From sequence record NC_054903.1: DNA of 64,000 nucleotides; one strand, written 5' to 3'. The notes under the pieces were generated by a model. It was not told where the DNA came from. It saw only the letters and a program-made list of their open reading frames with translations, and searched no databases. This DNA is from Enterobacteria phage GiZh. Every line of letters begins with the position of its first letter. Within the stretch, counting starts at the first letter, position 1. This document shows, in pieces, positions 21,150 to 31,063 of the stretch. Made by a program: the position numbers and the translations under genes.

Positions 21150-23414
21150 TCATAATTTACAGGATGAACAATCTTCAGCTTTTGGAGTTTCTATTTCATA
21201 ATCATCAGTACCAGAACCATCACGGGTATTATGATAATAGAAATTTTTTCCGCCAAAATACCAAAAATACAAAAGGTCATCAATCATTATTGACATTGGA
21301 ACCTTGCCTTTAGGGAAGATTTGGGGGTCATAGTATGTATTCGCCGAAGCTGATTGACAAACCCATTTCAGCATAATAGCTACCTGCGTAAGATAAGGTT
21401 TATTACCTTTCTTAGCTAATTTCCATGTATAATCATAAAGGTCTATGTTATGCTCAATATTGGGCACGACTTGATTAAAGGAGCCCTCTTTTGATTCTTT
21501 AACAGAGACTGGTCCACGTGGAGGCTCGATACCGTTTGTACTGTTAGAAACTTGGGAAGATGACTCACATGGCATAAGTGCTGATAATGTGCTATTACGG
21601 ATGCCAAAGAGCTTAAGGTCTTCCCGCAGCGACGACCAGTCACAAACGTATTTTGGAGCTGCGATTTGGTCAATCTTTTTATTGTACCAGTCGATAGGTA
21701 ATTCGCCTCGAGACCAACGAGTGTCTGAATAATATTCGCAAGGTCCTTTTTCTTTGGCGAGCTTAATGGATGCTTTAATGAGTCCATACTGTAATCTCTC
21801 AAATAGTTCATGTGTTAAATCGTTAGCATCTTCATAAGAAGCAAAGTTACTTGCCAGCCAAGCTGCATAGTTAGTAACACCTACACCAAGGTTTCGACGC
21901 TTTTTAGCTTTTTCTGCTTCAGGAACTGGATATCCTTGGTAATCCAAAAGATTATCAAGAGCACGAACTTGAACTTCTGCTAATTCATTAATTTTATCTT
22001 GGTCTTGCCAATCGAAGTTATCCAGCACAAATGCAGATAACGTGCACAATCCAATTTCAGCATCAGGACTATTCACATCATTTGTTGGAATAGCAATTTC
22101 ACAGCACAAGTTACTCTGACGAATAGGTGCCTTTTCACGAATAAACGGAGTGTAGTTATTCGTATTATCAATGAACTGCACATAAATCCTTGCTGTTCCT
22201 GAACGTTCAGTCATGAGCAATTCAAATAGTTCACGGGCTTTAATACGCTTTTTGCGAATATTAGGGTCTTTTTCTGCTGCTTCGTATAATTCACGGAAAC
22301 GGTCTTGGTCTTTAAAATAAGAATAATAAAGCTCTCCACCCATTTCGTGTGGACTGAACAAAGTAATGTAATCGTTCTTTCCGAATCGTTCCATCATCAA
22401 ATCATTCAGTTGAACACCATAATCCATATGACGGATACGGTTTTCTTCTACGCCTTTGTTATTTTTCAAAACGAGAAGATTTTCAACTTCCAAATGCCAA
22501 ATAGGATAATAAGCAGTAGCAGCGCCGCCACGAATTCCACCCTGTGAACATGATTTAACTGCAGTCTGAAAATGTTTCCAAAAAGGAATAACACCAGTAT
22601 GACGTACTTCACCCATGCCAATCTTAGAACCTTCGGCACGAATCATACCAACGTTAATACCAATTCCAGCACGTTTGGAGATATATTCAACAATTGAAGC
22701 GGAAGCCTTGTTGATAGACTTTAATGAATCACCTGCCTCAATAACAACGCATGAACTAAACTGTCTAGTCGGAGTACGACAACCAGCCATAATAGGAGTT
22801 GGCAGTGAAATCTGTCGAGTAGATACTGCTTCATAAAAACGGATAACATGTTTTAATCTATCAACAGGTTCATCTTGATGCAGTGCCATTCCAATAGCCA
22901 TAAATGCAAACTGTGGAGTTTCATAAATTTGACCAGTGGTTTTATCTTTAACTAGATATTTTTCTTTTAATTGCATCGCCCCGGAATAAGTAAATTCCAT
23001 ATCCCGTTCGTGCTTAATTTTTGATTCTAAAAATGTAATTTCTTCTGCTGAATATTTTGACAATAATTCAGGGTCGTATTTACCTTCATTTACGCAATAA
23101 GAAATATGGTCAATAAATGAACGTGGTTCATATTGTCCGTAAACATGCTTACGAAGAGCGAACATTAAACAACGTGCAGCTACATATTGATAATCAGGCT
23201 CTTCAACCGAAATAGAATTCGCAGCAGCCTTAATGACAATAGTCTGAATATCATCAGTTGTCATTCCATCACGGAGATAAGATTTAATATTTTCATATAA
23301 TTCATAAGGATCTACTGATGTTCCTTCAGCTGCCCAAGATAAAACTTTAATAATTTTTTGTGGGTCAAAGCTCTGAGAAACACCACTACTTTTGATAACA
23401 TTAATTAATTGCAT
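21150..23414 (-). CDS. nrdA: Ribonucleotide reductase large subunit (class Ia)
   Basis: 754 aa as in T4 NrdA; active-site NLCCEIA and C-terminal CSSCKL cysteine pair. Confidence 0.95.
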   Translation of the reverse strand: MQLINVIKSSGVSQSFDPQKIIKVLSWAAEGTSVDPYELYENIKSYLRDGMTTDDIQTIVIKAAANSISVEEPDYQYVAARCLMFALRKHVYGQYEPRSFIDHISYCVNEGKYDPELLSKYSAEEITFLESKIKHERDMEFTYSGAMQLKEKYLVKDKTTGQIYETPQFAFMAIGMALHQDEPVDRLKHVIRFYEAVSTRQISLPTPIMAGCRTPTRQFSSCVVIEAGDSLKSINKASASIVEYISKRAGIGINVGMIRAEGSKIGMGEVRHTGVIPFWKHFQTAVKSCSQGGIRGGAATAYYPIWHLEVENLLVLKNNKGVEENRIRHMDYGVQLNDLMMERFGKNDYITLFSPHEMGGELYYSYFKDQDRFRELYEAAEKDPNIRKKRIKARELFELLMTERSGTARIYVQFIDNTNNYTPFIREKAPIRQSNLCCEIAIPTNDVNSPDAEIGLCTLSAFVLDNFDWQDQDKINELAEVQVRALDNLLDYQGYPVPEAEKAKKRRNLGVGVTNYAAWLASNFASYEDANDLTHELFERLQYGLIKASIKLAKEKGPCEYYSDTRWSRGELPIDWYNKKIDQIAAPKYVCDWSSLREDLKLFGIRNSTLSALMPCESSSQVSNSTNGIEPPRGPVSVKESKEGSFNQVVPNIEHNIDLYDYTWKLAKKGNKPYLTQVAIMLKWVCQSASANTYYDPQIFPKGKVPMSIMIDDLLYFWYFGGKNFYYHNTRDGSGTDDYEIETPKAEDCSSCKL

Positions 23415-23731
23415 AAGTCCTCAACTTGAAAATCGTCTTTAAACAATCGGTTAACTATATGAGCTATTATATCACCATGACACGGCTTTGGTTTACATGT
23501 GCATCCTAGCCTCATTCCACGTAAAGGCTCTAAATGTGCTTTAGTTATTTCTCCGGATTTAATTCGACGTATAAAATCTTTTTTGAATAATTCAATGGCA
23601 GCCTCCCGGCTGCCAGCATCTTTACCGACGTAATTTCCCCAAAATGTACCACGGTGAATATTAACATCAAAGTCGGATTTATATTTATTCACTACCCGGC
23701 ATAGACGGCCCACGCTGGAATAATTCGTCAT
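23405..23731 (-). CDS. Hypothetical protein (108 aa)
   Basis: ORF overlapping nrdA start; Cys/His-containing ([12 protein letters not shown]). Confidence 0.5.
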
Positions 23732-23960
23732 ATTGTTTTTCCGTTAATACAGTAATATCATAGTAACAATCGGAAGAAGTTTTAACTGTGGAAATTTTAT
23801 TATCAAAATACTCACGAGTCATTTTATGAGTATAGTATTTTTTACCATAAATGGTAATAGGCTGTTCTGGTCCTGGAACTTCTAACTCGCTTGGGTTAGG
23901 AAGTGTAAAAAGAACAACGCCAGAAGTATCTTTAAATCGTAAAATCATATATCCTCGCAA
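23685..23960 (-). CDS. Hypothetical protein (91 aa)
   Basis: ORF between td and nrdA. Confidence 0.5.
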
Positions 23961-23968
23961 TAATAAAA

Positions 23969-24829
23969 TTACACCGCCATCTTTCCTTTAATAGGAGGGT
24001 GTGATTCATAGTTGTTAAGAACAAAATTATGTGGCTTTGCGAATTGACTCAGCCAAAATACCTGCGATTCTGTGTCCCATTCATCAAATTCATCTGGAAA
24101 TTTTAATTGCAATTCGCATAAATCCATAGGTTCACGACGTAAAATTTCTTTACATTGTTCTACGTGATTCATATAGATATGAGTATTACCACCAGAAAAT
24201 ATCAAATCTCCGGGAATAAGATTACACATCTTAGCTACAATATGCGTCAAGGCAGCGTACGAGGCAATGTTGAATGGCAAGCCCAAGAAAACATCTACAC
24301 TTCTTTGGTACCACTGCAAATCCAAATAGCCATTACGCACATTAAACTGATAGAACATATGACAAGGCGGTAATGCCATATATTTAAGTTCAGCTGGATT
24401 CCACGCAGAAACAATTTGACGCCTATCATTCGGCAGTTTTTTAATACGATCAATAACTTCTACAATTTGGTCTACACCGCCAAAATCACGCCATTGTTTT
24501 CCATAAATTGGACCAAGTTCACCGCTATGGTATCCTAAATCTTTTGCCTGATTTTCGTAATTTTCATCCCAAACTGTTTTGCCTTGGATTAATGAATCAT
24601 GCTGAATTAATCGTAAATCATTGACATTTGTGCTTCCTGACAAAAACCATATTAACTCAGCAATGCATGCATTCCAGGCGAGCTTTTTAGTTGTTACTGC
24701 AGGAAAACCTTTGGTTAAATCCCAACGCAATTTAGTACCGAACAAAGCAATTGTTCCTGTGCCTGTTCGGTCATCGGTTTCATAACCATTTTCAAAAATG
24801 TCTTTAATTAAATCTTGGTATTGTTTCAT
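23969..24829 (-). CDS. td: Thymidylate synthase, uninterrupted
   Basis: 286 aa contiguous; active-site PCH ([12 protein letters not shown]); no group I intron present. Confidence 0.95.
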
Positions 24830-24873
24830 TTAGTACCTTATATAAATTATAATACATTTTATGAAGCTAATAA

Positions 24874-25233
24874 TTAATACGGTTTAGCATCAAATTTTCT
24901 CTCAATTTCAGGCGTGAAATATAATTCTTTACCGCGTTTGGAAAAACGACCAATAATATGATAATTATTCTCATCAAACGTGATATTGCCGATATCCATA
25001 GCTTTCAACCAAATATCGATATTTCTGTCAAGCTTTATATCAAAATTCCAATACGGAGAACTATTACCAAAAATACTGCAAGCGGATTCAGTGAAACAAC
25101 TGCTATAAATCTTGTCTTTAGGAACTACTAATTGATAGACACCTTTAATAAACTGAGGACCCTGCCACTTTGGCTGTTTCGCGTCTTTTTCTAATAAAAT
25201 AGGGTAATAATTAAAATTCATATTTTCCGCCAC
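24874..25233 (-). CDS. Hypothetical protein (119 aa) between frd and td
   Basis: Complete ORF with no recognisable motif, in the interval where T4 frd and td abut as I recall. Confidence 0.5.
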   Translation of the reverse strand: MAENMNFNYYPILLEKDAKQPKWQGPQFIKGVYQLVVPKDKIYSSCFTESACSIFGNSSPYWNFDIKLDRNIDIWLKAMDIGNITFDENNYHIIGRFSKRGKELYFTPEIERKFDAKPY

Positions 25234-25241
25234 GCGTTATT

Positions 25242-26068
<827 letters not shown>

Positions 26069-26079
26069 ATTATCTCCTA

Positions 26080-26412
26080 TTAAAAAGGATCAGGAACATA
26101 TCCGCTAGCTTTAATCATTTTAATTAACGTTAACATTCCTTTGTTAACTGCTCGTGAGATTTCATCAAAAACTTCATCACTAAAAAGTTCTAACACGCCC
26201 TTCTGAACTTTTAATTTACAGCCAATAATTTCTTCATCGCCTATAGTAAATTCATTACCACCAATTCCACCGAAAAACTTAATTACGCCAGTTAACTGTC
26301 TTCCACGAGAATATGGATCATGTGATAAAGTAATATGAGTCACCCCAGGTACAGTTTTAAATTGACAGCGAATGTTTACTTGAGCAATTCCAGTTACATG
26401 AATGTCAGACAT
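26080..26412 (-). CDS. Hypothetical protein (110 aa)
   Basis: ORF in 32-frd interval. Confidence 0.5.
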   Translation of the reverse strand: MSDIHVTGIAQVNIRCQFKTVPGVTHITLSHDPYSRGRQLTGVIKFFGGIGGNEFTIGDEEIIGCKLKVQKGVLELFSDEVFDEISRAVNKGMLTLIKMIKASGYVPDPF

Positions 26413-26422
26413 AATATTTTCC

Positions 26423-26665
26423 TCAAACAGACTTTTTCACAGTTTTCCAATCAGCTTTAAACTGATCAACATCAGAATGGTAAATCCAGAATCCTGCGCT
26501 TTCTCCATCTTCATAAAGAGGACATCCATCGCATTCATCTTCCCATCCCATATCACGCAAAAGACGTTCAGCTTTTTCAACAAGTTCAGAATCTTTACCG
26601 ATGATATTAAAATACCATTTACCTCTAACTTCTGAATCTTTGATGCTTTGGCGTTGTAATCTCAT
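26423..26665 (-). CDS. Hypothetical protein (80 aa)
   Basis: ORF with early-type promoter (gtaaac 26717-26722) upstream. Confidence 0.5.
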   Translation of the reverse strand: MRLQRQSIKDSEVRGKWYFNIIGKDSELVEKAERLLRDMGWEDECDGCPLYEDGESAGFWIYHSDVDQFKADWKTVKKSV

Positions 26666-26725
26666 TTTATTCTCCTCAGTAGTTGATAGGGTAATAGTAT
26701 CACACTACTACCCTGTTGTAAACAA

Positions 26726-27028
26726 TTATTTTTGAATTTTATCGAGCCACTTACCAAGCTTAATCATTTCTTTAGTAGCCTTTTCCATACTTCTGAACTT
26801 AACCAATAGAGGATAGGTATCGACACCCATAACTAAACTGGTTACAAGACTGTGTTCACCCACAAGCCATAACGAATACGTTTGAATATCGAGCCCGTAA
26901 TTTCTGTCTTTATGGACCCGTACACCCATCACTTCAAATTTCTCACTAGCTTTTTCTACCGCATCCAGGAAATCATCTTTAGTCATATTAGGCCTTAAAA
27001 GTTTTTCGCAAAAGTTCAATGATTTCAT
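26726..27028 (-). CDS. Hypothetical protein (100 aa)
   Basis: ORF in 32-frd interval. Confidence 0.5.
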   Translation of the reverse strand: MKSLNFCEKLLRPNMTKDDFLDAVEKASEKFEVMGVRVHKDRNYGLDIQTYSLWLVGEHSLVTSLVMGVDTYPLLVKFRSMEKATKEMIKLGKWLDKIQK

Positions 27029-27425
27029 CTACATTGTTTTCGTCAACAATACAGTGAATTTTTGTTACGCCAGAAACCTTGTCTTTGACTTCATCTTTTT
27101 CAGAAGTCGGTTCTTTATACTCACGAAAACAATGAAATTCGTCTTCGCAAATTTCTAAAAGTCTATCTTTGAGGTAAAAATGCTTTCCATTTGCGCATTC
27201 AATGTGTTTTACTGCTTTATATCCATTAGCGACGGAAACTTCTTTAACTTCAAACCATCCGCCATTATCTCGAATCGCTTTAACTATTGATGAATTAGAA
27301 CGTGGGCTATAATTAATAAATGTATCAATAAGTCTTGGAACAAGCTCATACTTTTTACCGATATACATTACGGTTTCCTCATTTTGATAGGGGCTTGATA
27401 GAGCCCCTTGATAATTATTGTTCAA
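26988..27425 (-). CDS. Hypothetical protein (145 aa; possibly starts at internal Met 27368)
   Basis: ORF in 32-frd interval; several Cys/His. Confidence 0.45.
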   Translation of the reverse strand: MNNNYQGALSSPYQNEETVMYIGKKYELVPRLIDTFINYSPRSNSSIVKAIRDNGGWFEVKEVSVANGYKAVKHIECANGKHFYLKDRLLEICEDEFHCFREYKEPTSEKDEVKDKVSGVTKIHCIVDENNVDEIIELLRKTFKA

Positions 27426-27663
27426 TCAGTCCCATGTAAAATTCTGCGTCTTCAGAATCCATGCCATCACAATATTCATTAGCCATAAAGCGGGTGAGGT
27501 CTTCAAGAGGACCTTCAATAACGATTTGAATACTCCAAAACTTAGAATCTTGCACGCTTGTGATACTAAGTTCAGGATAACGATTACGAATAATTTCTTC
27601 GATATATTCAAAATCAACGATGTCAATATCAACTTTAGCCATATTATTTTCCTCTTTAATCAT
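27415..27663 (-). CDS. Hypothetical acidic protein (82 aa)
   Basis: ORF immediately downstream of the gene 32 terminator and early-type promoter. Confidence 0.5.
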   Translation of the reverse strand: MIKEENNMAKVDIDIVDFEYIEEIIRNRYPELSITSVQDSKFWSIQIVIEGPLEDLTRFMANEYCDGMDSEDAEFYMGLIEQ

Positions 27664-27747
27664 CAGCAGTATTGCCGATAGTTGTATAGTACCATGGAAG
27701 AATAGGGATGTAAACAGTTTTGTGAAAAAATTTTTGAAATAAAAAAA

Positions 27748-27767
27748 GGGGGACCTCTAGGGTCCCC
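27748..27767 (-). terminator. Rho-independent terminator after gene 32
   Basis: GC-rich hairpin gggggacc-tcta-ggtcccc, preceded on plus strand by A7 (U7 after the hairpin on the minus transcript). Confidence 0.7.
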
Positions 27768-27789
27768 AATTAATTAGTAATATAATCTA

Positions 27790-28698
27790 TTAAAGGTCAT
27801 TCAAAAGGTCATCCAGGTCCGTGTCATCAGCACTAGATGAACTGCCAGAGCTTGAGCTCATAAAATCATCTTCAGTTTTTGTATTGAAGTCATCAACATT
27901 GAATGCATCCAAATCATCAGCAACTTTATCAGCTTTCTTAGCGGCAGTTGCTGCGGCACCGCCCATCACAGCAGTTCCCATAATTTGACCGAATTTAGTG
28001 CTCAGTTCTTCAAATGATTTGAATTTATCTTTAGAAGTCATTTCAGAAAGGTCAACCATTTGTTCGAACAGTTCTTTCTGGAAAGATTCATCATCAATGT
28101 TTGGAATCGCAGATTGATTCAGGAATTTAGATTCGTCGTAGTTACTAAATCCAGAAACCTGTTTAACTTTCAGTACAAAGTTAGCACCTTCCCACGGACA
28201 AGTTACATCAACTGGAGTTTCACCCATTTCAACATCAACTGCAATCATTGCATTGATTTTATCCCAGATTTTCTTACCAAAACGGTATTTAAATACTTTA
28301 CCTTCATTTTCTGGAGCAGCTGGGTCTTTTACAACAAGAATGTTAGCCCAGTAAGAAGTTTTACGTTTAACAAGACTGTACTCTTTATTGTCAGTGTTGT
28401 ACAGATCATTTTTACTGATGTATTGACATACTGGGCAAGAATCGTAATCACCGTGGGTAGATGAACAGTTTTCAATATACCATTTACCATTTTTCTTGAA
28501 ACCGTGATTTACAAGAATTGCGAATGGTGCTTGTTCATCATTTTTAGACGGAAGAAAACGAATTACTGCTTGACCGTTACCCGCATTGTCGAGTTTCAGT
28601 TTCCACTCGCCTTTATCTTCAGAAGAAAAACCACCTTTATTTCCAGCCAGTTTAGCCATTTGTGCAGCGAGTTCAGCAGTAGATTTACGTTTAAACAT
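27790..28698 (-). CDS. 32: Single-stranded DNA-binding protein gp32
   Basis: About 301 aa; [18 protein letters not shown]-terminus, Zn site C..H..CPVC, acidic Ser/Asp-rich C-terminus. Confidence 0.95.
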   Translation of the reverse strand: MFKRKSTAELAAQMAKLAGNKGGFSSEDKGEWKLKLDNAGNGQAVIRFLPSKNDEQAPFAILVNHGFKKNGKWYIENCSSTHGDYDSCPVCQYISKNDLYNTDNKEYSLVKRKTSYWANILVVKDPAAPENEGKVFKYRFGKKIWDKINAMIAVDVEMGETPVDVTCPWEGANFVLKVKQVSGFSNYDESKFLNQSAIPNIDDESFQKELFEQMVDLSEMTSKDKFKSFEELSTKFGQIMGTAVMGGAAATAAKKADKVADDLDAFNVDDFNTKTEDDFMSSSSGSSSSADDTDLDDLLNDL

Positions 28699-28797
28699 TT
28701 TTATTTCCTTTTTAATTTAATTAACAGTTGGTGCTATGACGATGTATGACCTCATAGCTGGTCAGTGAGATAATTATAATCTATTTATAATAAGCAA

Positions 28798-29451
28798 TTA
28801 ATACTTACAAGATTTCACAGTTTCAATGAAAACACTTTTAGCTTTCTGTGAATCAATATTTAAAATTTTTCTATAAGCCTTTAACTTTATAGAATAATTA
28901 TTCCAGACTAAATTATCAGTCTGTTCATCGTGTTTATCAATTATATTTAAAAATGAATCAAGCAAGATAAACGTCTCAAACGAAATTATGTTCGATTGCA
29001 GAAGTTTAAAAATATAACTTGACTGAACTTTTGGATTATACTCAAAAATTTCTTTAAAAGCAGAAACTTCAACTTTTTTACTAAAATAATAAATGTTGCG
29101 AATATCTTCTTCAAACTTAAATTTAATTTGCTTTAAGCGTCCGATATATTCACGATAAAACACAAGTGCATCAGCGTCAGAGATGTCACCAATCCAAGCA
29201 TCTTGGTTAGCAACCAAATTACTTATAAAGATTAAAGCAAGTTCCTTTAATTTATATTTTTCTGATAACTTCTGGAAAAAATACTTATCCCTTCGCTTTT
29301 GATAAGCGGCATCAGACACCCGCATGCACCAATTATACTTAATTACATCATACTTTCCATTCATATGTTGTTTTATCATTAAGTATAATTTATAAACTGA
29401 TTTACCATCAATGTATCTTTCACCACCAGCAGGCATGCGGAGTTTAATCAT
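28798..29451 (-). CDS. 59: Helicase loader gp59
   Basis: 217 aa as in T4 gp59; position between 32 and 33. Confidence 0.85.
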   Translation of the reverse strand: MIKLRMPAGGERYIDGKSVYKLYLMIKQHMNGKYDVIKYNWCMRVSDAAYQKRRDKYFFQKLSEKYKLKELALIFISNLVANQDAWIGDISDADALVFYREYIGRLKQIKFKFEEDIRNIYYFSKKVEVSAFKEIFEYNPKVQSSYIFKLLQSNIISFETFILLDSFLNIIDKHDEQTDNLVWNNYSIKLKAYRKILNIDSQKAKSVFIETVKSCKY

Positions 29452-29786
29452 AGTAGAAAATCTAATGTATTAGTTTTTTCACAACGAACAACAGAAGGAC
29501 GTAAAAGATTTTCGTCAATGGCTTCTGACTGAATTTTTTCAATTATACCCGAAGGAATAAATTTAGCAAATTGAGTTTCAGGAATAGAATTTTCTTCCAA
29601 GAATGCTGTCGTAGCTTCAAGATAACTCATTCCAAACTCTTCTACCATTTTTTCAATAATAAATCCATTTTCTTGACGATCAAGAAGCTTTGCTATTTCA
29701 TCCTTTTCTTTCTTAATTGAAAGTTCTTTTTCTGAAAGACCGGTCTCATCGACCGGACGAATATCATTTAGAGAAAACTGTGTCAT
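29448..29786 (-). CDS. 33: Late transcription co-activator gp33
   Basis: 112 aa from MTQFSLND; position between 59 and dsbA. Confidence 0.8.
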   Translation of the reverse strand: MTQFSLNDIRPVDETGLSEKELSIKKEKDEIAKLLDRQENGFIIEKMVEEFGMSYLEATTAFLEENSIPETQFAKFIPSGIIEKIQSEAIDENLLRPSVVRCEKTNTLDFLL

Positions 29787-30033
29787 AAAGTTCAACTACC
29801 TCTTCAGTTTCAGCTTCAAACACATCACGGTTATCTTTATGATACAAAGCTAATAGACGATTAAACATCTTACCATCAACGCCAAGTTCATCTTTGGCAC
29901 GAATTCGAATATCTTTAATCAGTTCATTATAACCGGAAATTTTCAGTTTATGATCAGATGCTTCTTTAATAAATTTAGCCAAGTCTTCGCCATGAATAGC
30001 TTCATCAAATTCAACCATTTCTTTTTTAGCCAT
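29764..30033 (-). CDS. dsbA: dsDNA-binding protein DsbA
   Basis: 89 aa as in T4 DsbA; position between 33 and rnh. Confidence 0.8.
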   Translation of the reverse strand: MAKKEMVEFDEAIHGEDLAKFIKEASDHKLKISGYNELIKDIRIRAKDELGVDGKMFNRLLALYHKDNRDVFEAETEEVVELYDTVFSK

Positions 30034-30041
30034 TATTCACC

Positions 30042-30959
30042 TCAAAATTCATTAATGCTATTAGTTAATTTAGAAAGACCCGCTTTTACAAAATATGAAT
30101 AAATTTTGCCACGCGGTGGTAATTTATATGAATTATAGTAATTCACAATGTTTGAAGCAATATTATCAGGAATATAATCAAAATCAATTAGAACTAAATT
30201 TTCTTTATAACGATTATATTCAGATTCTGTGAGAAGCACCTTAGCTTGCTCACGGTCATTAGCAATAGCTTCAACGATTGAAGTTTTCATTGAAGGAGTT
30301 CGTTCACCTTCAACTCTGGTAAACCAAAAGTCAGATCGTACTTTAACTGAAGCAACGTTATCCTTTTTGTCGCCTTTAAGGATTTTAGTCATACAGTCAA
30401 TTTCAGCAGAACCGCTTTTAATTTTAACCCATTTCTTATGCATCGGTGACCATTGCTTAACATTTGGGTATTTGTGAAGCTGTGTAAAGTCACCATCCGA
30501 TGAAATGATTAAAATCTTGTGTCCTTCTAAAGAGAACTTTTTAACAAGAACAGCAATGTGGTCATCCGCTTCATACTTATCAATATCCATAACAATGTAT
30601 GGCATATAAGCTTTCAATTCATCTATAACTTTATGGCTGGATTCAAAATAACCTTCCCAGTCCCAAGTAGATTCTTCTCGTGCTTTTCCACGGTTTTTCT
30701 TGTAATAATACGCAAAATCACGACGCCAGTATCCAGATTTCGCGTTATCAATACACAGTACAATTTTAGTGTATCCAAGAGCTTTTGCTTTTTTGACATT
30801 AAACTTAATTGAGTTCAATATCAAATGACGAACCATTGATAAATTAATTTTTTCTTTATCTGGGAAGTTTACCAAAGCAGTTGAAAGCGCAATTTGACTA
30901 AAGTCAATTAAGCAGATTCCTTCTTTGTAATCTTCATCCAGCATCATTTCTAAATCCAT
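30042..30959 (-). CDS. rnh: RNase H (5'-3' exonuclease, FEN family)
   Basis: 305 aa from MDLEMMLDEDYKEGICLIDFSQ; position adjacent to divergent gene 34. Confidence 0.9.
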   Translation of the reverse strand: MDLEMMLDEDYKEGICLIDFSQIALSTALVNFPDKEKINLSMVRHLILNSIKFNVKKAKALGYTKIVLCIDNAKSGYWRRDFAYYYKKNRGKAREESTWDWEGYFESSHKVIDELKAYMPYIVMDIDKYEADDHIAVLVKKFSLEGHKILIISSDGDFTQLHKYPNVKQWSPMHKKWVKIKSGSAEIDCMTKILKGDKKDNVASVKVRSDFWFTRVEGERTPSMKTSIVEAIANDREQAKVLLTESEYNRYKENLVLIDFDYIPDNIASNIVNYYNSYKLPPRGKIYSYFVKAGLSKLTNSINEF

Positions 30960-31021
30960 ATGAACCTCGTTCAATTAGTGAGATTTCTATTATATACCAT
31001 CCAAATCTTAAAGTAAACAAG

Positions 31022-31029
31022 TATAAATA
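31022..31029 (+). promoter_or_regulatory. Late promoter TATAAATA for gene 34
   Basis: Exact TATAAATA 35 nt upstream of the gene 34 ATG; GGAG RBS at 31051-31054. Confidence 0.75.
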
Positions 31030-31063
31030 CTTATTATTGAAAACACAATAGGAGCCCGGGAGA

